Of a DNA stretch of 64,000 nucleotides, positions 12,850 to 26,970 are shown piece by piece. Position numbers and translations under genes: made by a program. Source of the stretch: Hemiscyllium ocellatum (Eukaryota); NCBI RefSeq assembly GCF_020745735.1, contig NC_083405.1:73250345-73314344 (forward strand). The letters are read 5' to 3'. The stretch's first letter is position 1, and each line of letters starts with the position of its first letter. The notes beneath the pieces are model-generated. The model did not search any database. It was not told the origin of the DNA and saw only the letters and a program-made list of their open reading frames with translations.

Positions 12850-14345
12850 ACAAAAAAAATCCTTCCCATGTCCTTGACAAGACCATTTGGGATCTTAGTT
12901 TGATCAAGACAACTCTCACTCTCCTAAACTCCAGTGGTAACAAGCCCACTCTGTCCAACTGATCCTCACAGTATATCCTGCTTATTCCAAGTATCGATTC
13001 AGTAAACGCCTTCTGAGCTTCCTCCAATGCATATACATCATTCTTTAAAAAAGAGACCAAAACTACACACAGTATTCGAGATGTGCAATTACCAATTCCC
13101 TGTTTAACTGAAGCATAATATCCTGACTTTTATGTTCAATTTGTCTCTTCATAAAAGATAGCACCCCATTAGTATTCTTAACTACATGCTGTACCTGCAT
13201 ATTTACCTTTTGTGACTCATGCACCAGAATAACTAAATCCCTCTGCAGCTTGTGCAGTTATTCTCTGTTTAAGTAATATTCTCTCTTTTATTCTTCCTGC
13301 CAAAGTGAACAACTTCATATTCTCTAACATTATATTCCGTCTACCAGATTTTTGCCCATTCACTCAACATATGTCTGTCTACAATTTCCTTATATCTTCT
13401 TCACACATACTTTTCTATCTATCTTGGTGTCATCTGCAAATTCAGATACATGCCAATCCTTAGCTCCTCTCAATCATTGATATAGATTATAATGAGTTGA
13501 TGCCTCAGAACAGACCCTGCGGGACTCAACTCATGATATTCCTGCCAATCAGGCAAAGGCCAATTTAGACAAACTGTTTTCTGTCAGCTAGCCAATATTC
13601 TGTCTGTGCTAATATGGTATCTCCCACATCATGAGCTTTTATTTTCTCCAGTAATCATTATGGCACCTTTTCAAATGCTGTTTGGAAATTCACTTGCAAT
13701 ATCCAAGCCGAGTATGTGTACAGACTCCCTTTTATGTGCACACATTCTACTTGGATATTGGACTTGAACTTTCAAAAGGCACTTGAAGAGGTGCCACAAA
13801 GGTTATGGGGGAACAGAGTTGAGGTCAAGGTGAGGCAATAGTGGGCAAAAGTATCAACCCCATTGTCAATTTCAAGACACCAATCTTGGCACATTTTCAA
13901 CATGCCTCCTTCAAAAAGAGCTCTAATGAATTAAACATAGTTTCTCTTTTACGAAACCAAGCTGGCTTTCCTCAGTTACCTTGAGTATTTTTGAGTGTGC
14001 AGCTGTATGCCCTTAACAACCAATTCAAATTCTTTCCCCAAAACAAATACCAAATTAACTGGTCAATAGATTCTTGCTTTCTGCCTCTCTCCCTTTTTGA
14101 ATAGAGGGGTTATAATTGCCATTTTCTAGCCTGATGGAACCTCTCCTAATTATGCAAATTTTGGAAAATTAACACTACCACATCCCCTAGCTCATTAGCA
14201 ACTGTTTCACGACACTCAGATGAAGTCTGCTTGGATATGTCAGCCCACTGCTCCATCAGTTTACTTAGCACCACTTCCCCTGTGTTTGTAATTTCACTAA
14301 ACTCATGTTCCCCTTCTGCCTCGTAATTTACAGTGATTACTATGG
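12850..14345 (-). mobile_element. CR1 LINE RT region, degenerate
   Basis: DVYALEEAQKAFTESILG...LPLEFRRVR; FADD motif near 13430; ETVANELGDVVVLIFQN. Confidence 0.85.
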
Positions 14346-14699
14346 GGTCAATTTCAGCACTAATGTTGGGTAACATGAAGGACTCTCCGTCTCAACCTTT
14401 TCCCTCACCTGATGCATGGTGACCCACAGGTTGAATCACCACTAGTTGTCTCTCTTGAACAATAGAATATTCCAATAGTCTGATAAGATGATGGTGATAT
14501 TAGTGTGTATGTAAAAACATGAATAATATGAGTGTGTCCTGGGTGACAATGCATAAAGCAGATAAGTATAAATATGACAGAACATGCTTGAAATGGTAAA
14601 TTATCATGTTCATATGACAAACTAAATAAATGTCATTGGTTATGGGTTTGCCGAGCTCCATTTATCACATTACTTCAGTTGTTTTGTGCTTATGTGCTC

Positions 14700-15215
14700 C
14701 TATGCTGTTGCTTCACCAGCCAGGTGAATGCCTCATTTTCAGGTATGTCTGGTGCTGCACCTGACATGCTGTTTTGTCTTTTTCATTAAACTAAGGATGC
14801 CCCTCCCAGCTTCATGATAATGGTAGAGTGTGGGATATGCCTGGTAATGTAGTGACAGATTGTAGTTGGATACAATTCTGCTGCTGCTGATAGCCCACAT
14901 CGCCTCATGTCTGTTTGAAATATATCCCACTTAGCACAATGATAGTGCCACACAACAAAATGGAGAGTATCCTTAATGTGAAGACAAGGCTTCGTCTGCA
15001 CTGGACCATGCAATAGGTAGGCTAGTAAGAATGAATTTGAATGTGTTTTCCCCCCCACCACATGCAGATATGCCCTTTAGGACTCCACTATCTCAGTCAA
15101 TTTGGTGCTACTAGATAACTTTTAGTGATGGACAATGAAGTCACCACACAGAATATATTTTTGCCTCCATCAGTCTCAGTGATGTTCAACATGAAGCAGC
15201 ACTGAAACTTCACCA
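14700..15215 (-). mobile_element. LINE AP-endonuclease fragment (probably the same group as 150-1950)
   Basis: Minus strand NIFCVVTSLSIT / DFIVHH, and HIKDTLHFVVWHYHCAKWDIFQTD...MRRCGLSAAAELY. Confidence 0.65.
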
Positions 15216-15904
15216 GACGAAAGGTAAAGCTGCCGTTAAAATGTAAGTATCCAACAGTTGTCTCAGTAATTTATTGCCAGTTCAATTCACGATAGAAAGT
15301 GAATTTTTGTTACTACACATGTAAGAACCTTTCTAACAAACACTGGCATTGGAAATTAACTTATACTTGTGGAATCCATTCTTGTCAAAATGTTTTTTTT
15401 CTCACTGTTACACTGTCTCGTTATCTTCACTGATTATTTTGAATGAATCTACAGTGTAGTTGCAGCCACCACAAATCTTCCCCATTTAAGAATATAAAAA
15501 TATACAAAAGGTAGATTTAATTTGCAATTTATGGGATATGTTCAGATTAATGCAGGTATCACATTTACTATGTCCTCACATAAAACAATCTTAACTAAAT
15601 GAAGCATTCAATGAAAAACCCGTACAGCTCCATAATAAATATTATTCACACTCAGTGGTGAATCCATTATTCATGTCAAGAAATACTGGCCTTAGAATTT
15701 AGTAGATACATCTTATTACAGATTATTTCAGAACTTGAAAGTGTAGGAAAAGGGCAATAATAATATATGATAGCCAGTAGGTTTGTAAAAGATAAAATGC
15801 TACAACAAAACTAAACCCAAGTGTAATTTTTCAATTTACTCTTTGGCAGCTCCTGAGGGAAAGCTTACTGAAGGTATATTTATGAGTTTGCCCTCAAGTG
15901 GACC

Positions 15905-16075
15905 TGTTTTCTTCAGCATCCTACCCAATATTTATTCCTTAAACAACACCCATGAAAGCATATTATTTGGTTATTATCACGTTGCTGTTTGAGAGTCCTC
16001 AAACTGTGTAAATTGGCAACCACCTTTCCCACATTACAACAGTGACAACATGGCATGAATACATTATTGGTAATA
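15905..16075 (+). mobile_element. Deu-domain SINE fragment
   Basis: CCAATATTTATTCCTTAAACAACAC...TTATCACGTTGCTGTTTG...TAAATTGGC...CCACATTACAACAGTGAC core. Confidence 0.55.
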
Positions 16076-16698
16076 ATGCACTCAGGATTAGTCTGAAATA
16101 ATAAAGGCCAGTATTTAATTGAAAGACGTGATTTTTCCACTTAAATCCATTCAGTGAATTATCAACTGTTTTCTCTCCTACACCTCTTTGGAGATAAAAG
16201 TCAGAAAATGAAGTAGAAAGCACACAATATTGTCATTAAAACATATCTCCTCCTTTACATTATGCAACTGCATTTTCATGATTGATGGCTATGCTTTAAC
16301 CATTCACAGCCTATACTTTAAAGTTAACTCCCCACACAGTTTTCTTGGCTCTATTTGACCCTCTCTAAAACTCACCTCTTTCAGCAACATTTTGGTCACT
16401 GCTCCTAAAATCTCTTCACTGAATCCAGCTGTTTGATTGTGCCACTGGGCATTGACTTGAGAATGCTTTTAAATTAACAGTGGTATATGGGTGTATTGTT
16501 TATTATTTTGAAGATAACCTTTCAAATAGAACTGCTTCAGTGGAATCTTCTCCACTCACTGTTTTCTCCAGACAAACAGTTGCCTCCCAGTGTGTAATAC
16601 TTCACATTAGAGAGAGAACAATAGAATAATCCTTCCATCAGACTGAACAGAATACTCTAAAATTATTTAAATCCTCCAAACTATTTTCACAGGAAAGT

Positions 16699-17885
16699 TG
16701 TCACAGTTATGGAACTGACTATTGAACTCCATTCATTGATTTAACTCCATTCATTTGGTCTTTCATGGGCTTACTTTAAAAAGGAACCAAATCACAGACA
16801 TAAAATGGCTAAACAGGTTCACCAAACTTCATGAAATCAACATTCATTAGATCAAGTCAGTCTGAACTGATGTTTATATCTTCCCCAAGTGCAATGAAAC
16901 CAGTCAGCCAAATCTTCCCAGTAAGGGAGAAAAAAGATGCTTGGGTTACACTAATATGAGAATATTCTAATGTTGGAGATGGAATCTCAACTTAATTATA
17001 AAGCCTAAAAAAAAACACATATTCAGTAGACACAATATATATTAAAACAATCTACTATTTCAAAACAGTTTTGATTTGGACAGATCAGATGAGGGGACAT
17101 GGACTACAGAACTAAATCTAGGCTGAGAAGGCTCTCTCTCTCTCAAGAAGCAAAGCTGCCAGTTCATTGATCAGAAAGTAGCAAAGAGCAAAGGATTTAG
17201 AGGATAATTGTAATATTTGCTACAACTGATGTTCCATCAAAACCAACTTACCAACTGTAGTCCAGTTAAAAATGCCTTCCACATCAAGGACACCTAAAGG
17301 AGTCTAAAATGGAGATTCTTTTATCTTTTTATGTACTACGCCCAACCTTTTTAATCTTGTGTATTTGTATGTGCATACACACACGTACAGTATATATCGT
17401 ACAAAGTGAGGACTGCAGATGCTGGAGGTCAGAGTTGAGAGTGTGTTGCTGGAGAAGCATAGCAGGTCAGGCAGCATCTGAGGAGCAGGAGAATCAACAT
17501 TTTGAGCATAAGCTCATCAACAGGAAGATGAAGAGCTTATGCTTGAAACATTGATTCTTCTGCTCCTTGGAAGCTGTCTGACTTCCTGTGCTTTTCCAAC
17601 GCCACACGCATGCACAGTATGTCTGCCTGCCCATGAGCTCAAGTGAACACACAAAGGTTGTATGCTTGATGCCATGTCTTATTATATTTCTTGGGGATAG
17701 CAGCTAAAAAAGAAACTCTTTTGTTTCCTCAAGAAAACCTAGTGATTGGCTCTTGATTCATAACATTAAAATAATTAATTACATGTTGCTTTGTATTGAA
17801 AAGAGCTGAAACCATTGACATGAATGCACAAGTAAAGGTTCAAAAGAGGGGAACCAGGTACACTCCTTCTGACCTGAGAGAAACA
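16699..17885 (+). mobile_element. Probable solo LTR, interrupted by a PLE hairpin
   Basis: Starts TGTCACA, ends ...GACCTGAGAGAAACA, LTR-like composition; no clean TSD. Confidence 0.4.
17403..17610. mobile_element. Palindromic PLE pseudo-LTR mini-element
   Basis: AAAGTGAGGACTGCAGATGCTGG...GAGCATAAGCTCATCAACAGG, then the inverse GATGAAGAGCTTATGCTTGAAACATTG...CTTTTCCAAC. Confidence 0.8.
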
Positions 17886-20379
17886 AGATACAAAAACTTT
17901 TGTATTTTCTGTTTCTTGTGATAGATCATTTCCTTATAATATTCACATTTCTGACTTACTACCAAAATCACTTGCAATGAAGAATGTTATTGAATAGACA
18001 CAAACTTCACCACTGTAAAATAAACTGCCTGAAGGAACCCATAATTTGAGGATACATTCAAACTATTGCAATACATGAAGAATTTTTTTTAGAAAACGTT
18101 TGTTTGCCTAAAAGAATTAACGAGCATATAAGAGAGTATGGCATTCATACAAGTAAATTATAGTAATAAGGATCTCATATTACAAAGGACTCGGAACAAT
18201 AGATTTGGGAACGTAAAGAGATAATTTGTGATAGTTTTCTTCCCCCCACCCCAACCCCCACACCTGCACGCCCCCCCACCCCCCGGTAAAAATGATGTGG
18301 TTTTAATTCCAGTTGCAGCTTTATATGTGATGTTCACAATTCTAAGATAAAATAAATTATTTCGACAGTCACATTTAAAATGTTGTGTTGCTGCAAAGAA
18401 TGCAACATGAGTTAAGGCTGGCAATTCAAGTATTTCATATGTTCCCATCTATTTCTGAAATTCTTTAATTTCTTAGCATACATCTCTTGTCAACAAAAAC
18501 AGTGATGAAAACCTTAATATGTTAGCAATCTTGTATTAAGATGAGAGTATTAATCTTCTATTTGAGTATTAATATGAAACTAGTTTTTGAAATCATGTAA
18601 TGAATGATTATCGTGCATAAAATTGAGTATAGTAATGGAATCTCTTTTGAACTAACTGCATTATCCTAATGAGAACAGCTCCTAATGGCTGGTGTAACGT
18701 AATGAGGAGACATCCTGATGGCTGCTGAAATATCTACTTGATAAATGAGTTTGTCCTTGTGTTTATATATGTCACTCTAATCTAATTGAACAAAATGGAC
18801 AGATACACAACACAATCACTTCTCTCTCACAAAACTCTATTCTATCTTTTTCAACCATTTCCTGGTCAGCAAATATCAATGTGTAATCTACCAATATTAT
18901 AGCATAACAGAACAAACAGTACATACATTTTAAAAAGGTGCTAAAAATATGCAGAAACTTGAACAGCATCTAAAAAGAGAGTAACAGTCTATGATTCAAG
19001 TTGAATGTGACACATTTTGACTTGAAGAGTCAAATTCAATAAAATCAAAAAAAGGTCAAATATTTGCAAAGTTCCCAATCCTGCAATCACAACCCAGGAG
19101 AAGTGCTTTGAATATTTTTTTTAAATTTTACAGGGCTATAGGTACGAACAGGTATCAAACAGGCCAACTGTAAAAAGCATTTAAGATACTCACAGAAGTA
19201 GCTGGGTTTTTCAAAGGTCTATCTTGGTGTTGAGATGTTGTTCTGAGTATAATAAAAATGGTTAATTAAAGCATCCCTCTAGTCCTCACTCCTCAGATCT
19301 ACATTTCTCCTTTGCCTCATCCATGTCAACACATCCCAGTGTATACCCCTCTCCTGATCTCTCATGGGCCTTTGTAACACCTGTGACAATTTAGTGCCCA
19401 CTCTTAGTTCCTACCTGTAACTCTTTTCCCTTCCACCCTCCATGTAAGCTCACCAAGTATCCCACACGGGCAGGCCTCATGGACCATATGAAATAAAGTT
19501 TAATGTGTCCATGACATACCCGTTAAAAATGAATTACTGATAGCCTTTAAATCACTTCAAGTATTTGATTCTTCATTTGAAAGAACTGCTTCCATTAATC
19601 ATTTCCTTTCTGAAAAAAAAACACATTTGTAGTCAACCTTATTTCAAAGTAGTTATGCTCTTTTAACTACTCGGAGATATCAATCAAACTGTGAACTTAT
19701 AGTCTCTTTGATGTGACAACAAGTTGTGAAATCAGTCCAGCAAAAAAATCTTACAATAACAACCTTCAGGTTTATGTCAACAAACAATGGAATAGCACTT
19801 TTTTAAAACTACAAGCTGGACTAGTCTTTCTAAAAAAAAGTCTACAGAATTTTGATGACTTAACTGGACATGACAATTCCACAGAGCTTATCCACTTTTT
19901 AAAATAGCTTTTAGTCCACTCTTAACAATTCCAAAGTGGTACCTGACTTCCCACAAAGGATATGTTATCTCTCTCAAAGGAGTACTTTAACTCACCCAAA
20001 GTGTCATTCACCTCATCACAAAGGCGATTGTACGTTTTCAAATAACTTCAGCAGCTTTAGATCTTGTCCCCAAATGTTTAAAGCCCACAAGTCATGTTTT
20101 GGAAATGCAATTTTACATTTGCAATTGCTTCTGGGAATATGATCCACACTCCTCACCTTCCCCACCCCAATCAGTGAAAATGGTGGGATCTGGATTTACT
20201 TCACTCATAAGGGCTCTGTTGCTATTTGGCAATGGCATGGATCCCTTCTAACTAGAAAGATTGAGGCCACCAACTCAGTTTCTCACTCCAAGATGTTGCC
20301 AGATCTGATTATTTAATGCATTTTCTATTTCTTTTCTCATTTCAAGATTCAAGTATCTCCAGTATTATGTATTTATTAC

Positions 20380-21250
20380 AGAAACATACCATTTGGCTTG
20401 ACTAAGTGATATTATGTCTCTGCTGATGTTGCCTTCCTTCCTATGTCATCTATTTCATTTCAGCCATTCATCATCTCTTGCTACTCCCTTTTCTCTCATG
20501 TTCTTGTCTAGGTATCTTTACATGGCTTCAGTGCATTTATCTTCATCACTTTCTATGGTAGAAAATTCCATGAGCTAACTTACGTGGGTTTTTTTTAAAA
20601 GACCTGGATACATTATTAAGTGACATGTGTCAATCACCCCTATTTTGAATTCTCCTGCAAATGAATAACCTCTCTCCATATCAACCCTGTCAACTCAATT
20701 TATAATTTTAAAGATCTCGATTGGATTATTTCTAAAGCTTCACTTATCTCCATCTTGTCTAAATAACTATAATATTTCACTTCTGCTCCCATCCTTTTAA
20801 ATTTTCTTAGCACTGATTTTCTGAGTTCTTTATCTTGCAATGGATATTGAACTGTGCACAAGAGAAAGGCAAGAAGGAAAGCAACCTACTATTTTCATAG
20901 CAAGGAGCTTGGAACTCCATAGTTCAGTTTACAAAGTTTCTATGTAGCCTCACCAAATTCCAAGTAAGTTTCAAATAACTTCACAAATCTTGAATTGCAC
21001 ATCCTTCTAAATAAACTCTGGTATTTTGGGACCACTTTTAATTGCTCTGTTGACCTGAGATTGTTACTTTTCTGAGTTGTTTCTTTGCAATCCTAGATAA
21101 CCTTGCCCTCCCACCCCATTCAGTTTCTTAATGCCTCCAATGTAGGCAATTTTTATTTTAGTTTTATTGCTGAAGTGCATCTTCTCACATTTGGCAATGT
21201 TAAAGTTCATTCACTACTGAACTGTGCTGTCTGCAGGCTTTCTCATGTCT
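20380..21250 (-). mobile_element. Very old CR1-like LINE 3' region
   Basis: TCAACCCTGTCAACTCAATTTATAATTTTAAAGATCTCGATTGGATT resembles the reverse of the GDLIEVFKI..G.DRVD segment. Confidence 0.45.
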
Positions 21251-22419
21251 TCTTGTTTTATGTTGGTTTCTTCCCTAGTATTAGCTAGTCCCACCAGATG
21301 TCAACATGACATGCAAACAATTACATGGGCACCAAAGCATCAACGTGATTGAAGAGGATGCTGCACATGAACTATAATGGTCAGTGAATGTAATTGTTTT
21401 AGCAGAGAATGATTTATTGATTCAGCCAAATAAAATTACTGCAATGCTGTAATGATTTATTTTTCACAAGAACCAAAATGTGCATCAATATTATCAGTGA
21501 GTGCAATAAAAATGCATTGCCCTTGTTTTGACAGGTTATCACAACTATGTTACGTCAAAGCTCAAGATATTTACCTGACAAAGCCCACAATATCAAATAT
21601 GAAATTAGTATCACAAAAATGTGCACCAGGGTGAAATAAATTACATTCTCATTCAGTAGGTTTTCTTTGCAAATTTATAATTAATAGTTTCTTGTAGCTT
21701 CTCTAAAGTATTTGAATAAACAGGACTACAGATATGGCAATCAATTTAACAGTACTAACTAAATTACACAAGTTGCCATTCAACTCTTCTGCCATGTTGG
21801 TAATTCCTACAGGACATGAAAATGAAATTCATGCGGGTGTGCGACCAAAATTAATATTGGTTTCAGACTAAGAATGAGAAACTGAAGACCCAAATAGAAC
21901 AGCAGAGAAAGTGTTAGGACCTGAGTTGAACTGCACACAAATACAAAACTGGCAACAGAAAAGTCACACAGATGGTAATTTATCAATGAGAAAATAGCAC
22001 AAAATTGATACATAGGATTGCGAGGCTAAAGGGGGCAAAGAGATACCTAATTTTCTCTACTAATATTGTAATAGTCACGTAACAGTAATAATGGGATCGT
22101 CAAATAATTATAGTAGTCAATTCCTAATAGATCCAGAAATAAAGCGAGGAGGCCACAGTGTTAGCAAAGCTTTCGGATCACAAATGCAAAAGTTCTTTTC
22201 TACCTAAGCATACAACACTGACGTTATGTCATGTTGCACATTACTGACACAGTATCCCAAAATATTATACCATAATTTATGTGGCAGAGCATCATATGGC
22301 ATCTGCTTTTAAAAAGATTTGTCGCTGCATGGTTAGGTTTTTTCAGTTCTTTGCATAACACATTGCTGAAAATGCAAGTTGATAATAACTTGGTGAGTGT
22401 GATAGGGAATTGGGCACTT

Positions 22420-22970
22420 CTAGAGTCATAGACATGTACAGCACAGAAAAAGACCTTTGGTCCAACTTGTCCATGCCGACCAGATACCTTAAATTAATCT
22501 ATTCCCATTTGCCAGCACTTGTCCCATATTCTTTTATAGCTGAAAATGTGTTGCTGGAAAAGTGCAGCAGGTCAGGCAGCATCCAAGGAGCAGGAGATTC
22601 GACATTTCAGGCCTGAGCCCTTCCCGACCTGCTGCGCTTTTCCAGCAACACATTTTCAGCTCTGATCTCCAGCATCTGCAGTCCTCACTTTCTCCCATAT
22701 TCTTTTATACCCTCCCTATTCATATACCCATTCAGATAACTTTTAAATGTTGTAATTGTACCAGTCTCCACCACTTCCTCTGGCAGCTCATTCCATAAAC
22801 GTACCACCCTCTGTGTGAAAAAGTTGCTCCTTAGGTCCCTTTTAAATACTTCCCCTCTCATCCTAAACCTATGCCCTCTAGTTCAGGACTTCAAGAAGAC
22901 CTTGTATATTTACTCTATCTCTGTCCCTCATGATTTTATAAACCTCTAAACCTCTATAAGGTCACCCCTC
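22420..22970 (-). mobile_element. CR1 LINE 3' end
   Basis: RGDLIEV; tail is the reverse complement of the nested tail at about 11900-12016. Confidence 0.85.
22539..22692. mobile_element. Palindromic PLE mini-element with 17-bp TSD
   Basis: TCCCATATTCTTTTATA at 22522-22538 and 22693-22709; inverted arms. Confidence 0.9.
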
Positions 22971-23254
22971 ACTTGAATGAACAGGACAAACAAACAATGG
23001 CATAACTCTAAATAATGACAGTGAACGAATATGAAATGAACATATCTGTGTACGCATATGTATGTATGGTAACAAAAGAGAAATAATGGGATTAAAATAA
23101 GTTTGTATTGAGAGAAATGAGAAGACAGAAAAATAAAATGAAACAAAATGGATTACTTTCAAATTCTTCACCAATTATCAGAAACTGAACAAATTAACTT
23201 TACTCTCGTAATAGATGCCTTCCAGTGCCTGAGAGGTTGCTTGATGACAAAAAC

Positions 23255-23640
23255 ATAAGATATAGGTTCTGGCACCAACCATTCAGGCCTTTAAATCTGT
23301 TCCAATATTCATTAAAGTCCTGGCCAGTATCTGACCATAAGCTCACCTTTCCACATTATTCCAATATTCCTCGATTTCCATGGTATCCAGAAATCTATCA
23401 ATCTCTTGGCCAAAACATATACAATGTCTCAGCATCTACAGTACATTAAGATAGGAAATTTTAAACGTTGTTCACACTTTGAATGTAAATATTTCTTCAC
23501 TTCTTACTTCCAAATAGCTGCTCTCTTATTCTAAGACCTTGAAATTTAGTTTAGCCTTCAAGATTCTAATCCATGAAGTCCCATAAAAACTTTTCTACGT
23601 TTTAAGAGATAACTTTTCATTCTTTTAAGTAATTGGGAAC
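23255..23640 (-). mobile_element. Old CR1 3' tail
   Basis: ACATAAGA...CCATTCAGGCCTTTAAATCTGTTCCAATATTCATTAAAG, a reversed CR1 3' UTR pattern. Confidence 0.55.
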
Positions 23641-24979
23641 AAAGATTTAGGCTGGATTTTAATCATAGAGGCAGGTAACAGGGAGTTGGGAAATTCCTGA
23701 GCTCAGAAGGACGTCCAGTGGGTTTGTCATTCTGGTCTGTGGTAACTGGAATTAGGCCAATTGTCCTGGTAAAACTTCAAAAGCATCCACATGTGGAGAT
23801 GTACTGCCTTGTTTTTGAGCAATTTTTTAAAAAATTGCATTCCGGTCCTTACCCTCCTCAATACCACATATCTCTCATGCCAAGCTATGTTGCAGCTCCC
23901 AACTCTCAGCCCTCTATATCTCCACGCCAACCTATGGCTTCCATGCTCATTCAACTAGTAAACATTACGTGCAGAACCAATGAGTCACATTGTCATAATG
24001 TTAGGTGCACAAAAGCTTTTCTCCAAGTGATTCATTGGTTCATTTCAGAGAACTGCTTTTGCGATAGTCCTATAAAAATAACAATTAACTCAGCATTTAT
24101 AATGTCAATTTCTGAAACTGAGAGTACTTGTCCTCTCTTTATCTTGAGCACATAAACATTGAACAAGTATAACATTGATCCAGCAGAAAAGAACACGAAC
24201 CAAACAATGTTTCACATGGATGCCGCTTGTTTCACCAAATTCATGGGTATCTGGTGTCTCAGCCATACCTCATTATGCATTTCTGGCCTTGTATGTAAAG
24301 AAACACTTCTGGACCCACTAAAGTCACCTTTTACTGTGTTGAATCTGGGTCATGGCAAGAAATGAGTTAGCCACACAAAAAATGAAGGCGAATTTATACA
24401 AAATAAAGTAGAGAAGAGCTGTGGATATCTGACCAATTAATAATTCAGTGTATCCCGATCTGAACACCAAGTTCTCCATTTACAATGTAACTATAAAAGA
24501 TATTATAAAATCTGGGATTTTGGACATAATTCATGATGAAAACTACCAGAGTGGAACAATAGTCTGATAAATCAAAGAATGCAAACATAAGTCAGAGCGT
24601 GTAAGTACCCATAAAAGAATGAAACATAATTGCAGTTCAGAAAAAATATTTGCTTTAAAAGCATGTACAGTATAAAAGAGCTTGAAGAAAGGACAAATAA
24701 ATCAACAACTACAAAAGAACAGGTAAAGGAAAAAGCTAAAAATGCTAGAACCTGTAGATTTTTCAAACTATTTTAAATTAAGCCAAGTTAAACAAAAGTA
24801 GGCACAAAACCATCACATTACCCAACTCCAAAACACCAAAAAACATGAGACAATCTAAGATGTAAGTGGTTTGGAGAACGAGACAGAGAAAGACAGAGAG
24901 AGTTAAAGGCTACACAAACGTAAAACTAGTAGAAGAAATGTTGCATGCTGGTCCCTGCAAACTGGAAATTCCAAAACTG

Positions 24980-25470
24980 GCATTAAATGTTAGAAGAATC
25001 ACAGACATGCATGGGCAAGGACTGGACCAGGGCAGAAAAGACAGAGTCGGGGTAGGAAGAGATGAAACTGAGATCTTTACTGAGTACAGAATGTTCAGTA
25101 TTGAAGAGCAGAAGGTTAGGAGGGATGGTGAATACATGACAGGAGGATGGGCTTGAGGAGGGGATGGAGTCAGAGGGAAAGGGAGGGGACAGAGGTTACA
25201 GAAGGCTATGGGTATCCCGAAGTTGTTGCAATTTGTGGGCTTTGATGCCTGATAGGAAGTCGGATGAACTGGAGGATCAAGTGGAGCTGTGAAGTGTTTC
25301 AGCCCTGAGCCAGTATCTTGTGATACAATTGGACAGAGAGGTCAAGAGCATGAATGTGACGCCACATGGCACTGAGTGGAGATCTCAGGATACACCTGTC
25401 TGTGCAATGTTGAACATCACAGAGATTGTGGTGATCCTGGGAGGATTCAAAGTACCAGGATAAAACTCCA
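24980..25470 (-). mobile_element. Old L2-like fragment
   Basis: Minus ORF ...ILYSVKISVSSLPTPTLS...GISSLQGP; GA-rich plus strand typical of a reversed L2 linker. Confidence 0.4.
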
Positions 25471-25484
25471 TTCGGAATTCACGT

Positions 25485-25793
25485 GGGGTGGCATGGTGGC
25501 TCAGTGGTAAGCACTGCTGCCTCACAGCACCAGGGTCCCAGGTTCAATTCCAGCCTCGGGCAACTGTCTGTGTGGAGTTTGTATTCTCCCCGTGTTTGCG
25601 TGGGTTTCCTCCGGGTGCTCCAGTTTCCTCCCACAGTCCAAAGATGTGCATGGCAGGTGGATTGGCCAGGCTAAATTGCCTTTAGTGTTAGGTAGTCAGA
25701 GAGAAATGGGTCTGGGTGGGTTACTCTTCGAAGGTACGGTGTGGACTTGTTGGGCCAAAGGGCCTGTTTCCACACTGTAGGGAATCTAATCTA
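25485..25793 (+). mobile_element. HE1 / V-SINE (tRNA-derived SINE)
   Basis: A-box TGGCTCAGTGG, B-box GGTTCAATTCC, V-domain GTGGGTTTCCTCCGGGTGCTCC, CR1-like tail GGGCCTGTTTCCACACTGTAGGGAATCTAATCTA. Confidence 0.9.
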
Positions 25794-25844
25794 TTTACCA
25801 TTGAAAATGTTAGATTAAAAGAATGCAGATAACCATCTGAGCAA

Positions 25845-25960
25845 AACCAAAAGGAAGAACTGCAGATGCTGGAAATCAGAAATTGCTGGCAGGTCTGATA
25901 GTATCTCGAGAGAGAGAAAGCAAAGTTAATGTCTCTGGTCCAGTGACCCATCTTCAGAAT
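25845..25960 (-). mobile_element. Short decayed PLE tail
   Basis: AACTGCAGATGCTGGAAATCAG...GTTAATGTCTCTGGTCCAGTGACCCATCTTCAGAA. Confidence 0.6.
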
Positions 25961-26044
25961 GGAAATACAACAAATTCCCATCTGATTTTTATTGTTACAA
26001 TCATCACGTGACACAATGATAATAGAGTGGGCGACTCATCATAC

Positions 26045-26172
26045 ACAAAAGTGGGTACTGCAGCTGCTGGAGATTAGAGTCAAGATTAGACTGGAGCTGG
26101 AAAAGCACAGCAGGTCAGGCAGCATCCGAGGAGCAGGAAAGTTAATGTTTTGGACAAAAGCCCTCCATCATA
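26045..26172 (-). mobile_element. Short PLE tail ending at the hammerhead
   Basis: GGAAAAGCACAGCAGGTCAGGCAGCATCCGAGGAGCAGG...AAAAGCCCTCCATCA. Confidence 0.75.
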
Positions 26173-26970
26173 GCAACCTGACGACTATTCTCATTTTCCA
26201 AGCTCTTTGAGCAACAGAGATTAATCCCTTCCACATAAATCAGCTCACCAGTGGTGGTATTGTACTAGCTCAAAGGTTTAACATTAATATGTTTAATTGG
26301 CCTGTTGCCAACTGTTGCTGACTGAGTGTGCGCAAATGGTTTGCTTTTCACACCTTGAGCTCAGCGAAAAATCACAGCATGTCCACAAAATCAGGTGTGG
26401 AACACTGTGCACTCCACAATGTAAAGTTAGAAACCAATGCACTTTTAATTGGATAGGAGGTTCCAGGGCAGGGATCCTGTCACCTTCCCATTTCTAGCCC
26501 AATTAAGTCTGTGGTAGGAAAGATCACAACTGGCTTTCCTGCCACTCCAATGAGCCCCTTAAACTGGTCAATTAAACCCTACTTAAGAGTAGCATCCCGT
26601 CAGGGGACATGATAGCGTGCAGGGGTCTGGCATTGTGAGAAACATGATTTTGCTTGCTTGTGGGCTTCCAGGAGGAGTCCCTTATTCACAAGACACTCGG
26701 TGCCTATTCAAGGGACATAATATCAGGAAGAGAGTATGCTGTTAAAATCTACTGTTTGCCTCATTCCAATTCCTCATGCTACTCCCACCATTATTTACCA
26801 GTGACATGGGGCTGTATTAGCCTGAACTTGCTACTAGCCTCTGAAATGCTCGATTAAGCAAGATGCCATATACCATCCAGGAAAGAAGAAATGCAGGATT
26901 CTTGCTGGCTCTTTTGTCAGATGTCGGGATACTTATTGCCTCTACATGATTCTGTCCAAAAACTGAACAG

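Noticed and set aside
24269-24344. Possible 76-nt minus-strand exon (AG...GTATGG; FNTVKGDFSGSRSVSLHTRPEMHNE)
   Set aside because: No recognisable protein and no partner exons; such splice-like sites arise by chance.
25485-25560. tRNA gene from A/B boxes
   Set aside because: The boxes belong to the SINE head and continue into the V-domain; there is no complete cloverleaf.
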